DNA of 22,046 bases, taken from the NCBI GenBank assembly GCA_046582655.1, contig JAYGDX010000321.1, positions 1 through 22,046 on the forward strand, in the 5' to 3' direction. Of the stretch, positions 1 to 8,441 are shown piece by piece. The position numbers were made by a program, and so were the translations under genes. The stretch comes from Candidatus Poribacteria bacterium (GTDB lineage: Bacteria > Poribacteria > WGA-4E > UBA9662). Positions within the stretch are counted from its first letter, which is position 1. Every line of letters starts with the position of its first letter. Below the pieces are notes generated by a model. It had not been told where the DNA came from. It saw only the letters and a program-made list of their open reading frames with translations, and did no database searches.

Positions 1-116
1 TAAATTCTTTGGCATATATGAACTCAAAAGCCTCTTCACTTCTGTCTCTTGGACTTATGCAAGAGGTCTAATATCTGCCTATCTGTTTGGGTCTAATGAA
101 ATAAATTCGAAAAAAC

Positions 117-145
117 TTGACAGAAAGTTTAATTGGCCATATAAT
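117..145 (+). promoter_or_regulatory. sigma70-type promoter of the TetR gene/operon
   Basis: TTGACA at 117-122, 17-bp spacer, TATAAT at 140-145: a perfect consensus, about 30 bp upstream of the CDS. Confidence 0.9.
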
Positions 146-171
146 AATGACTGACTAGTCAATCATTATTA
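142..171. promoter_or_regulatory. TetR operator palindrome (FadR/YsiA-box-like) overlapping the -10 box and transcription start
   Basis: TAATAATGA-C-TGACTAGTCA-A-TCATTATTA is a 30-bp inverted repeat with one mismatched pair. The core TGACTGACTAGTCAATCA (148-165) resembles the B. subtilis FadR box TGAATGANTANTCATTCA. Confidence 0.8.
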
Positions 172-172
172 G

Positions 173-754
173 GTGATGAACATGAAAAAAGGCGAAAAAA
201 GGCAACAAATCCTTGATTCTGCAGTGGCTGTATTTGCTGCAAAAGGGTTCTACAATGCTAAAGTCACTGACATTGCTCATAAAGCTGGCGTTGCGCATGG
301 CACAGTTTACCTATATTTCCAAACCAAAGAAGATATTTTAATCCAAATATTTGAAGAATTAGTCAACTACATCTTTACGGAAGTTGGGACCGAACACAAC
401 GCTGTAGCTAAATTACGTCGTCTGATATCGATTCAGATGCAGATGGTTGAAACCAATCCTGAGCTTACCGAATTAATGCTTTTAGAGGCCAGGCAGAGTA
501 GTAAATTTATCCTCAGTTCAGCCATCAGTAAAATAGGGGATTATTGTGACAAGATTGAAGGGATTTTAAAAGAAGGTATCGAGGAAGGTCTGGTTAGACC
601 GGATTTAGATCTGACTGTGGCTTCCACCATGCTTTATTCTGGTATCGAAGGGATTGCGACTCGATGGATGCTTGAGAACAAGCACTATAATCTGAATTCA
701 TGTGCAGAACAACTGACACAATTATTTATCGGTGGTATTAGAAAACTGCCATGA
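173..754 (+). CDS. TetR/AcrR family transcriptional regulator, FadR(YsiA)-like
   Basis: N-terminal HTH ILDSAVAVFAAKGFYNAKVTDIAHKAGVAHGTVYLYFQTKEDIL. The C-terminal segments LEARQS, ILKEGIEEGLVRPDLD and WMLENKHYNL resemble B. subtilis YsiA. The real start may be ATG 182, with AGGTG at 171-175 as RBS. Confidence 0.93.
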   Translation: MMNMKKGEKRQQILDSAVAVFAAKGFYNAKVTDIAHKAGVAHGTVYLYFQTKEDILIQIFEELVNYIFTEVGTEHNAVAKLRRLISIQMQMVETNPELTELMLLEARQSSKFILSSAISKIGDYCDKIEGILKEGIEEGLVRPDLDLTVASTMLYSGIEGIATRWMLENKHYNLNSCAEQLTQLFIGGIRKLP

Positions 755-817
755 AGAAAAATTCGCTTTTGTTCATTTTATCCTTGGTAACTTAAATTGC
801 AGTAAGGAAATATAATT

Positions 818-2743
818 ATGCGAAAAGACCTGTGTTTAATCTGTTATATGATTTTCAGTTTTATGTGCTGTTTTCCTACGGCAAAGGCACATAAAATCAA
901 TCAAAAAAATAATGTTATTGAAGAACAAGCCGATATTGAACTATCGCTAGATCCAATTCCGGATCTAACAATTGAAACAATCCGCTCTGAATTATACTCA
1001 ATAGATAGCTTGTGTCGAAAAGGCTTGATTGTGCTGGTTTTCACTTCAACAAAATGCCCTGTTACCAATCAGTACACACAAAGACTGAACCGAATGAATA
1101 AAAATTACACCAATGCTTCAGTGATTGGGGTTTATTCCAACCATGAAGACACTGTGCAGGTCATAGCCAAGCATGTCAAAGAGATGGGGATTTTATTTCA
1201 TACTGTCAAAGATTTCGATGGCAAGTTGGCCAATCAACTGGGCGCAACCATGACACCACAAGCGTTCGTAATTGATCAAAACAGAATCATTCGCTATCGC
1301 GGTCCAGTTGACGACAATCGATACGCCAATCGTGTCAGGGAAAAGTATCTGCAAAATGCCATAGATCAACTTCTCAGTAATCAGGAAATCACTGTTTCCC
1401 AAGCAGATTCATTCGGTTGTACTATCCATTTGCCTGAAGAGACAGCACACACAATTACTTATGCTCGTCATATTGCACCGATCATACAACGTAACTGTCA
1501 GTCGTGTCATCGCTCAGGTCAGGTGGCACCATTTTCGTTGATGACTTATGAAGATGCTAAAACATGGTCAACTGAGATGGTTTCCTATACTCAGAGTCAC
1601 TTGATGCCGCCCTGGAAGCCGGAGCCGGGTTATGGAGACTTCAAACAGACGCGCCGTATGTGGGATCGGGAAGTTGACAAAATCACAGAATGGGTGAAGT
1701 CCGGCATGTCTTACGGTAATGAAGCGGATCTTCCTGTTCTCCGTTCTTTTGATAATTCTTGGTTTTTAGGTGAACCGGATCTATTGGTCGAAATGCCAGA
1801 GCCTTATGATGTACCAGCAGATGGTGAAGATGAGTATCGTCACTTTATCATCCCCACAAACTTCGATCAGGATATGTATGTCCAAGCCATCGATATCGAA
1901 CCAGGCAACCGAAAGACAGTTCACCACGTTATTGTCTACTTGGACACAACGGGAAAAGCAAGAGAGTTAGATGCCGCAGATCCTAAACCGGGATATGCAC
2001 GGTTTGGAGGAACAGGTTTCGATGCACAGTGGCTTGGCGGTTGGGCCCCCGGAGTCACCCCTAACCTATTACCAGAAGGAACTGGTGCCTTGCTGCCAAG
2101 AGGGGCTGACATCGTCCTACAAATCCATTACTACAAAACCGGTCGTATCGAACGAGATCTTTCACGGGCTGGTTTATATTTCAGCAAGGCGGCAGATCCT
2201 AAGCGTGTGTATGTTGACGCTGCCATCAATACCGAATTTCAGATTCCTACTGGTGCAGCCAAATACCAAGTTAAAGCTACGTGGACAGCGGAAGAAGATG
2301 TGTATGCTATCACGGTAGCACCACACATGCATTTGATCGGAACTGATATGAAGGTTGATGCCACTTTTCCTGACGGGCGACAACAAGAAATGATTTGGAT
2401 CAAGGATTGGGATTTCAACTGGCAAGACGCTTATCAATACAAAATACCAATCTTTATGCCTGCAGGCACCGTTGTCAAAGCCGTCGGGCATTTTGACAAT
2501 TCAGCGGCAAACTCGCTAAATCCAAACAATCCACCCAAACCAATCGGATGGGGGGAGAAAACAACCGATGAAATGTTTATTGCTTTTCTGGGTATTATTC
2601 GTGCAAAAGACTTCACCTCGGAAACGACATCAACGTCACGTAGTGGTGGATTTGGAAGAACCACTGCCTCGTCACGCAGTAGCTCATCCTCGTCAAAAGG
2701 TCTGAGGCGGAAACGGATCCAGAGGTTATCTCAGAGGAGGTAG
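818..2743 (+). CDS. Exported redoxin (AhpC/TSA-fold) + c-type heme (CXXCH) + copper type II ascorbate-dependent monooxygenase-like fusion protein
   Basis: Signal-peptide-like N-terminus ending AKA. Redoxin motifs VLVFTSTKCP, LGATMTPQAFVID, YRGPVDD and GCTI. Heme motif CQSCH (C227). PHM/DBH-type ligand set H369-H370, H437, H503-x-H505, M586. RBS AAGGA upstream. Confidence 0.85.
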   Translation: MRKDLCLICYMIFSFMCCFPTAKAHKINQKNNVIEEQADIELSLDPIPDLTIETIRSELYSIDSLCRKGLIVLVFTSTKCPVTNQYTQRLNRMNKNYTNASVIGVYSNHEDTVQVIAKHVKEMGILFHTVKDFDGKLANQLGATMTPQAFVIDQNRIIRYRGPVDDNRYANRVREKYLQNAIDQLLSNQEITVSQADSFGCTIHLPEETAHTITYARHIAPIIQRNCQSCHRSGQVAPFSLMTYEDAKTWSTEMVSYTQSHLMPPWKPEPGYGDFKQTRRMWDREVDKITEWVKSGMSYGNEADLPVLRSFDNSWFLGEPDLLVEMPEPYDVPADGEDEYRHFIIPTNFDQDMYVQAIDIEPGNRKTVHHVIVYLDTTGKARELDAADPKPGYARFGGTGFDAQWLGGWAPGVTPNLLPEGTGALLPRGADIVLQIHYYKTGRIERDLSRAGLYFSKAADPKRVYVDAAINTEFQIPTGAAKYQVKATWTAEEDVYAITVAPHMHLIGTDMKVDATFPDGRQQEMIWIKDWDFNWQDAYQYKIPIFMPAGTVVKAVGHFDNSAANSLNPNNPPKPIGWGEKTTDEMFIAFLGIIRAKDFTSETTSTSRSGGFGRTTASSRSSSSSSKGLRRKRIQRLSQRR

Positions 2744-2758
2744 CAGAAGATTTGGAAA

Positions 2759-3139
2759 ATGACAGGTAGTTCTATGGCTGCCGAATTTGACAGGCTTCCT
2801 TCCAAAATCAAGCAATTGGCAGAAGATCTGCTATTCGATGAGTCCGTACGTTTTTGTGCGATTGGAGGGATTTTTCAGCCTGATTTTATCATCCTTACAA
2901 CTCAACGTCTGCTTGTTCTAACCGAGCAAATCATTGGTAACCTGATGTATACTACTGATAGATGTAACTTGGAGTTTGAACAGATTATCCAGATCGACAT
3001 CGACCGGACGCTGTGGCAGAAATTTACCAATCAAGCATGCCTGAAAATTGAAACCGGTGGTGTTGTTTATTTTGTCAAAGGCTTGAGCCTTGGTGACGCT
3101 AAACAGATCATAACGCTTGTTTTGGCATCGAGACCATGA
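2759..3139 (+). CDS. Small bacterial PH-domain-like protein
   Basis: Pattern IILTTQRLLV ... LEFEQIIQIDIDRTLWQK ... LKIETGG is typical of bPH domains. Starts 15 nt after the previous stop. Confidence 0.6.
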   Translation: MTGSSMAAEFDRLPSKIKQLAEDLLFDESVRFCAIGGIFQPDFIILTTQRLLVLTEQIIGNLMYTTDRCNLEFEQIIQIDIDRTLWQKFTNQACLKIETGGVVYFVKGLSLGDAKQIITLVLASRP

Positions 3140-3343
3140 CAATTTCATGCAATCTATAGGTTTTAGACATACAAGAAAATAATAGATCTCTGGGAGAAAT
3201 GCAGTAAGGAATACACCTAAAAGGTGATGAAATCATGGGATTAAATCAGGAAGAAATTCAAACTTGAAGAAGTTAACCGGAGTTCAATATCCTACTTGGA
3301 ATCCAGTGATAGTAGTCTTAGGCACCAGAGGAAACATTCTGTT

Positions 3344-4690
3344 TCACTCAAAATATTCAATTGAATGGAGCCTTTCCAGAATGCCCTTTTCCTTCATTAC
3401 TGTTTCGACATCATCAAGTTCTAATGGAGCCAGCTGGGTTAAGTTATCTATACCATTTTCAGTTACAACAACTGTATCTTCGACACGAATGTAGAGTTTC
3501 TCTTCAGGAATCCACATCATCGGATCTACTGAGAACACTGTTCCGGTTACCAATGGCTGAGAGCGATAATCCCCTCTATCGTGTACGTCCATACCGACAG
3601 TATGGGATAAATGCCCTCGAAACTCTAAAGCTTGACGTGCGGCTTTTTCATAGTAATCTTTTGAAAAGTTTGTTCTGTTAATCAGATCTTCCATTTCCAT
3701 GGCCGCTTCGTCCATGATTTGGGAAGCCAACACATTCGGTCGAATTAATTTCAACAGGACCTTATGGTATTCTACAATGAAACCATATAATTCCCGTTGC
3801 CATGCTGTATACTTACCATTAATAGGCCACATTCGACCAATGTCACTTGTATAGTAACCGTAATCAGGAGCATAATCCATTAGAACTAAATCCCCATCTT
3901 GAAGTTCGCAGTTATTGCGAAAATAATGCCCGTGCCATGCATTGGCACCTCCCGCAATAATGGCTGGATAGCCTCCACCTCTTGCTCCATTGGCAAGAAA
4001 GGTAAAATCTGCAACCGATCTAAGTTGAAATTCCATGATACCAGGTTTTGTGCATCGCATAGCTTCCTCCACTGCTGACCCAGTAAGTTGTCCTGCACGG
4101 CGCATTAGCTTGATCTCATTTGGACTTTTTAAAGCGCGAAGCGAAAAAATGATCGGTGACAGGTCCTGAATTGTAGCTTGTGGACAAAAATCCTTTAATC
4201 TTTGAATGAAGTATGCTTCCCTTTTTGGATGCGTGTTGAATAGATCTAATGGGTTATGATGCTCCGCACCGCCTTTTGGCGCGTAGACAGTTTTGGCACC
4301 CGCAATGTCGGCTGCAAATTCCTCTGTTTTTCGTACCTCATCTACACCCGTGAGTTTCCCCGCCAATTCGGTATCATCAGCGTTTAGGATAGGTCCTTCA
4401 CCCCGTTCCTGTTCTAAATTGCGTTCGGGGAGATAAAGAATGGTTTCATGACTGCTAGCATCAAGAAGTAAGTAGGCATAAGGAACTTCTATTCCGCATA
4501 AATAATAGAATTCGTTGGATTGGCGAAACAACTCTAGCTCGCCAATGGGAGACGCTCCTTGCAACACGGCTATCGTGTTGTCTTCCATCTGATTGAAGAC
4601 CCTTTTACGACGAGTAGCAAACTCAGAAGGAGGGAAATCAGTTTGGAAAAGAAGTGCCGAACTAGTGGGGTTTGACGAAGATTCACTCAT
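3344..4690 (-). CDS. pepP: Xaa-Pro aminopeptidase (M24B family)
   Basis: N-terminal FRQSNEFYYLCGIE; KSPNEIKLMRRA; metal-binding motifs LVLMDYAPDYGYYTSDIGRMWP, HLSHTVGMDVHD, FSVDP and IRVEDTVVVT. Confidence 0.88.
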   Translation of the reverse strand: MSESSSNPTSSALLFQTDFPPSEFATRRKRVFNQMEDNTIAVLQGASPIGELELFRQSNEFYYLCGIEVPYAYLLLDASSHETILYLPERNLEQERGEGPILNADDTELAGKLTGVDEVRKTEEFAADIAGAKTVYAPKGGAEHHNPLDLFNTHPKREAYFIQRLKDFCPQATIQDLSPIIFSLRALKSPNEIKLMRRAGQLTGSAVEEAMRCTKPGIMEFQLRSVADFTFLANGARGGGYPAIIAGGANAWHGHYFRNNCELQDGDLVLMDYAPDYGYYTSDIGRMWPINGKYTAWQRELYGFIVEYHKVLLKLIRPNVLASQIMDEAAMEMEDLINRTNFSKDYYEKAARQALEFRGHLSHTVGMDVHDRGDYRSQPLVTGTVFSVDPMMWIPEEKLYIRVEDTVVVTENGIDNLTQLAPLELDDVETVMKEKGILERLHSIEYFE

Positions 4691-4946
4691 TTAAAAAACC
4701 CTTTTGATTTCTTCTCTTGTGCATCAGGCACGAAGAATCAGAACCCAATTGTTAGGTTGAAACCATAATAATGGGAAGGTGAACATTAAAATTTAAGGTC
4801 TAGACAAATTTAGATCTATAGAGTCGAGAAGATTGATTATATGATTCATTAACTTAATCAATTCTTAGTAATTTTGACAAAGAGAAACTGCTGTTGATCC
4901 AATAAAAACCAGAAACAACAAACATGAATCAAGAGGCAACAAATTA

Positions 4947-5807
4947 CTAGCGGCTGAGGGCATAAGCCACTATATTCATTCCCTGTTCAAACGCCCATCG
5001 ACGTTGTTCTTCTCCGCCTGGTGAGCACGGACGTCCTTCCCAAGCACAGTTATAATCGGTTGATGAAAAGTAAACAGCAATACGATCGTCTATCATAAGA
5101 GCTTCATCATAGGTGGCGTATGGGTAGAGCACCTTGTCACCTCCAAGATACTCGTCATGGTCATATAGCGTATGGTAGACTGGATGACTCAGATCAAGCC
5201 GTTCAAGTTTCTTGTTTGGGAAGAGTTGCTCCATCAAACGATGAACTGATGGGCGCATAAACCCACGCCCGCCATTAAGACGAATATCGCAATCTTCAGC
5301 ATGAATAAACCCCCCGCGTTCGATGTATTCTCGTAATCGGTTGGTCTGTGTTTTAGATAATCGTATACCTCTGTGTCCAGTTATGAAGATATACGGGTAG
5401 GCAAAAATATCTTCGTCATCGATTGAGACATACTGGGGATTTTGGTAATTTTCAACATTGATTGAAGTATTATTGGAAAGTACCTGAGAAAACTTGAGGT
5501 CTGAAGGCCATCGGTAGTAATTTACTATATTGGTATACCAGTCTCCGCCTGGATACTGGAGCCTTACAAATATAAATTTCTCACCAGAGGGATCATCAGA
5601 TGGACAATGATGCTCAACAACCCCATAGCGACTACCATAATACACATCTTGCCCTAAATCATACTGAGCCCATCCCTCTGTCCATGTTTTGGTGGAAAAG
5701 AAATCGGCAACCAGTACCGAAGTTGTTAGTCCAGTTGCTCCTTGCACAAACCTACGTCTGGAAATCGGTTGATCATGCTGCCTGCGTTTTTCTTTATTAT
5801 CTACCAT
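4947..5807 (-). CDS. DUF4159 domain protein with twin-arginine signal peptide
   Basis: SRRRFVQG Tat motif; FVRLQYPGGDWY, YPYIFITGH, LREYIERGGFIHAED, HPVYH, DYNCAW and GMNIVAYAL are DUF4159-type motifs. Confidence 0.8.
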   Translation of the reverse strand: MVDNKEKRRQHDQPISRRRFVQGATGLTTSVLVADFFSTKTWTEGWAQYDLGQDVYYGSRYGVVEHHCPSDDPSGEKFIFVRLQYPGGDWYTNIVNYYRWPSDLKFSQVLSNNTSINVENYQNPQYVSIDDEDIFAYPYIFITGHRGIRLSKTQTNRLREYIERGGFIHAEDCDIRLNGGRGFMRPSVHRLMEQLFPNKKLERLDLSHPVYHTLYDHDEYLGGDKVLYPYATYDEALMIDDRIAVYFSSTDYNCAWEGRPCSPGGEEQRRWAFEQGMNIVAYALSR

Positions 5808-5852
5808 AACACGCTTTTACTCAACCTTACATCTATCAATCATTCGGTTCGC

Positions 5853-5881
5853 AGTATAACACCTGAAATCGTGATTGTAAA
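5853..5881 (-). promoter_or_regulatory. sigma70-type promoter for the DUF4159 gene
   Basis: Minus strand: TTTACA (5881-5876), 17 bp, then TATACT (5858-5853) preceded by TGn (extended -10). Confidence 0.65.
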
Positions 5882-5921
5882 GCTTGAGCAGATCATAATA
5901 AATACCTAGATTAGATCTGAC

Positions 5922-5951
5922 TTGACTCATTTTGCTAGGTTATGCTATTCT
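5922..5951 (+). promoter_or_regulatory. sigma70-type promoter for trpL-trpEG
   Basis: TTGACT (5922-5927), 18 bp, TATTCT (5946-5951) preceded by TG at 5943-5944; about 30 bp upstream of the leader ORF. Confidence 0.6.
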
Positions 5952-5983
5952 TACTAAATCTTCCGGAAATTACAGGTTGAAAG

Positions 5984-6070
5984 ATGCAGACTCGGTGGCC
6001 AAGAAGTAAAGTGATTTCATGTGTCAAGCGTTGGTGGTATACCAGTTGGGGTAGGAGTGTGCCTGTGTAA
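5984..6070 (+). CDS. trpL: Trp attenuator leader peptide, 28 aa (MQTRWPRSKVISCVKRWWYTSWGRSVPV)
   Basis: ATG 5984 to TAA 6070 with four TGG codons (5996, 6032, 6035, 6047), including a tandem WW. Lies directly upstream of a terminator and trpE. Confidence 0.85.
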   Translation: MQTRWPRSKVISCVKRWWYTSWGRSVPV

Positions 6071-6113
6071 GAGTAGAGGCCCTTAAAATCGGAAATAAAG
6101 CCGTAGGCATACT
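6056..6113 (+). promoter_or_regulatory. Antiterminator helix of the trp attenuator
   Basis: AGTGTGCCTGTG (6056-6067) pairs with CGTAGGCATACT (6102-6113) over 12 bp including three G-U pairs, sequestering the left arm of the terminator. Confidence 0.7.
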
Positions 6114-6138
6114 AAATGTGATGTCTACGGCTTTATTT
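6093..6138 (+). terminator. Attenuator (intrinsic) terminator upstream of trpE
   Basis: AAATAAAGCCGTAGGCAT (6093-6110) pairs with ATGTCTACGGCTTTATTT (6121-6138) with one G-U, and ends in a T-rich run. Confidence 0.85.
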
Positions 6139-6184
6139 AATTGGAAGAAGAATATTTACTAAGGAACAAAGACTTGGAGATTTA

Positions 6185-7672
6185 TTGATGTATTTCCCCG
6201 ATTTGGATCAGTTTCGAAAAAAAGCTAAGCAGGGCAACTTAATTCCTGTTTATAAACCGATTCTTGCCGACTTAGAGACTCCTGTATCCGCATTTTATAA
6301 AATAGGTTTAAGTGATTATGCCTTTCTTCTCGAGAGTGTGGAAGGTGGAGAAAAGGCCGCGCGATACTCTTTTCTTGGCAGTGATCCATCCATTATCTTC
6401 CAGAGCAAGGGAAACCAGGTAAAAATTGAGTTGACTAAAACAGGGCAAGTAATCGAAAAAAGATGTGAAGATCCATTCTTGGAATTAGAAAAACTAATTA
6501 AATCCTACCAACCGGTTACGGTAGAAGGATTACCGCGTTTCCATGGTGGAGCCGTTGGGTATCTAGGCTATGATATGGTACGTTTTTTTGAGAATTTGCC
6601 CGACTCCACAGAAGATGACTTGGATTTGCCAGACAGCTTTTTTGTGCTGACAGATACTATTCTAGTATTTGATCATGTTAGCCATCAAATTAAGGTAGTT
6701 GCCAATGCTCATATCGAAGGGGATGTTGATGCCGCCTATGAAACAGCAATAACACAAATTGATGAGCTTATTACCAAACTCAAGCAGCCTTTAAAAGTAA
6801 AATCAGGAACTTTAAATCAGAACGTACAGTCTCTGGAAGTGAAATCTAACTTTATCAAAGCTGATTATAAAAAAATTATTGACTGTGCCAAAGAATATAT
6901 TAGCGCAGGTGATATCATACAGGTTGTTCCTTCACAGCGGTTTAGTGTACCAATTTCTGTCGAGGTATTTGAGGTCTATCGTGCTTTGCGGATGATTAAC
7001 CCATCGCCGTATATGTACTATCTAAAATTTGGGGATAATCTAAAAATTGCCGGTGCTTCTCCTGAAATGATGGTACGAGTTGAAGATGGTGTGGCGGAAA
7101 CTTGCCCTATTGCGGGAACTAAACCGAGAGGACAGACACCAGAGGAGGATGAAGCCTTAGCTAAAGAACTGATTGAAGATCCTAAAGAACGGGCTGAACA
7201 TGTAATGCTGGTTGATCTCGGGCGTAACGACTTGGGCCGAGTGTGTGAGTACAATACAGTACGCGTCAGCAAAATGATGGCCATTGAACGTTACTCGCAT
7301 GTTATGCATATCGTGTCCCAAGTGGAGGGGAAATTGCGCCAAGGGATGAGTGCTTTTGACGTGATTCGTGCCTGTTTCCCAGCTGGAACCTTATCGGGAG
7401 CACCGAAGATCCGCGCCATGGAAATTATTGATGAATTGGAACTGACGCGGCGTGGTTGCTATGGTGGAGCCGTCGGATACTTTAGCTTCGATGGCAACTC
7501 CGATACGGCAATTACAATCCGGACAATTATTGTTAAGGATGGAATAGCTTATGTGCAAGCTGGTGGTGGAATCGTAGCAGATTCTGTTAAAGAAACAGAG
7601 TTCCAAGAAACTATCAATAAGGCACGTACCGTGATTCGTGCTGTTGAGTTAGCTGAATTAGGATTGGAGTAA
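6185..7672 (+). CDS. trpE: Anthranilate synthase component I
   Basis: [77 protein letters not shown]. The likely start is ATG 6188, after GGAGA. Confidence 0.95.
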   Translation: MMYFPDLDQFRKKAKQGNLIPVYKPILADLETPVSAFYKIGLSDYAFLLESVEGGEKAARYSFLGSDPSIIFQSKGNQVKIELTKTGQVIEKRCEDPFLELEKLIKSYQPVTVEGLPRFHGGAVGYLGYDMVRFFENLPDSTEDDLDLPDSFFVLTDTILVFDHVSHQIKVVANAHIEGDVDAAYETAITQIDELITKLKQPLKVKSGTLNQNVQSLEVKSNFIKADYKKIIDCAKEYISAGDIIQVVPSQRFSVPISVEVFEVYRALRMINPSPYMYYLKFGDNLKIAGASPEMMVRVEDGVAETCPIAGTKPRGQTPEEDEALAKELIEDPKERAEHVMLVDLGRNDLGRVCEYNTVRVSKMMAIERYSHVMHIVSQVEGKLRQGMSAFDVIRACFPAGTLSGAPKIRAMEIIDELELTRRGCYGGAVGYFSFDGNSDTAITIRTIIVKDGIAYVQAGGGIVADSVKETEFQETINKARTVIRAVELAELGLE

Positions 7673-7677
7673 GAGAA

Positions 7678-8244
7678 ATGATCTTGATGATTGATAATTA
7701 CGATTCTTTCACATATAATTTGGTTCAATATTTTGGGGAACTGGGAGCGGATCTGGTAGTTTTCCGAAACGATAAAATTTTGATTGATGAGATTGAAACA
7801 CTGAATCCAGAAAAGATTGTAATTTCACCCGGTCCCTGCACACCAAACAAAGCTGGAATTTCTTGTCAGGTGATCAAGCATTATGCTGGTAGAGTACCAA
7901 TTTTAGGAGTGTGTTTGGGGCACCAATGTATTGGTCAAGTATTCGGCGGAAATATTGTCCGGGCAAACCGATTGATGCACGGAAAAACGTCACCTATATA
8001 TCACAACGATCAAGAGATTTTTCAAGGTTTGTCCACTCCCTTTGATGCTACTCGGTACCATTCACTAATCATCGAAAACGAAAGTCTGCCAGATTGTCTG
8101 AAGTTAACCGCATGGACAGATCAGGACGAAATCATGGGGATCCAGCATAAAGAGATTCCGATTTATGGAGTGCAGTTTCATCCTGAATCGATTCTAACCG
8201 TAGAAGGTAAGAAACTTCTCGGTAATTTCCTGTCTTTGCAGTGA
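7678..8244 (+). CDS. trpG: Anthranilate synthase component II (class I glutamine amidotransferase)
   Basis: [41 protein letters not shown]; starts 5 nt after trpE. Confidence 0.93.
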   Translation: MILMIDNYDSFTYNLVQYFGELGADLVVFRNDKILIDEIETLNPEKIVISPGPCTPNKAGISCQVIKHYAGRVPILGVCLGHQCIGQVFGGNIVRANRLMHGKTSPIYHNDQEIFQGLSTPFDATRYHSLIIENESLPDCLKLTAWTDQDEIMGIQHKEIPIYGVQFHPESILTVEGKKLLGNFLSLQ

Positions 8245-8441
8245 CTTTACAACGGAACAACTGATATTAGCTTAGAATTTATCCAAATGTAATCCTAACT
8301 TTCTCTTGGTATGAACTTACCATGTGGAAAGGAGGGTCAGATACACGTGAATTACCCTAAACATTTCCTTTGGGAGGGAAGCTCTATCTTATTCTTCTAT
8401 ACTAGCCTAACCCTTTCTCCATTCAGAAGGGAATCAATACT

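Noticed and set aside
1..15. Possible start of a divergent gene on the minus strand (ATG at 15, MPKNL...)
   Set aside because: Only five codons are visible, too little to support
3220..3494. RBS-like AAGGTGA followed by MGLNQEEIQT*, and ORF 3264..3494
   Set aside because: The first stops after 10 codons and the second largely overlaps pepP antisense. A gene remnant is possible but I recognise no family
6031..6044. TTGGTGGTATACCA resembling a T-box antiterminator motif upstream of trpE
   Set aside because: It does not match GGTGGNACCGCG, there is no room for or sign of stem I, and it is fully explained as the WWYT codons of the leader peptide
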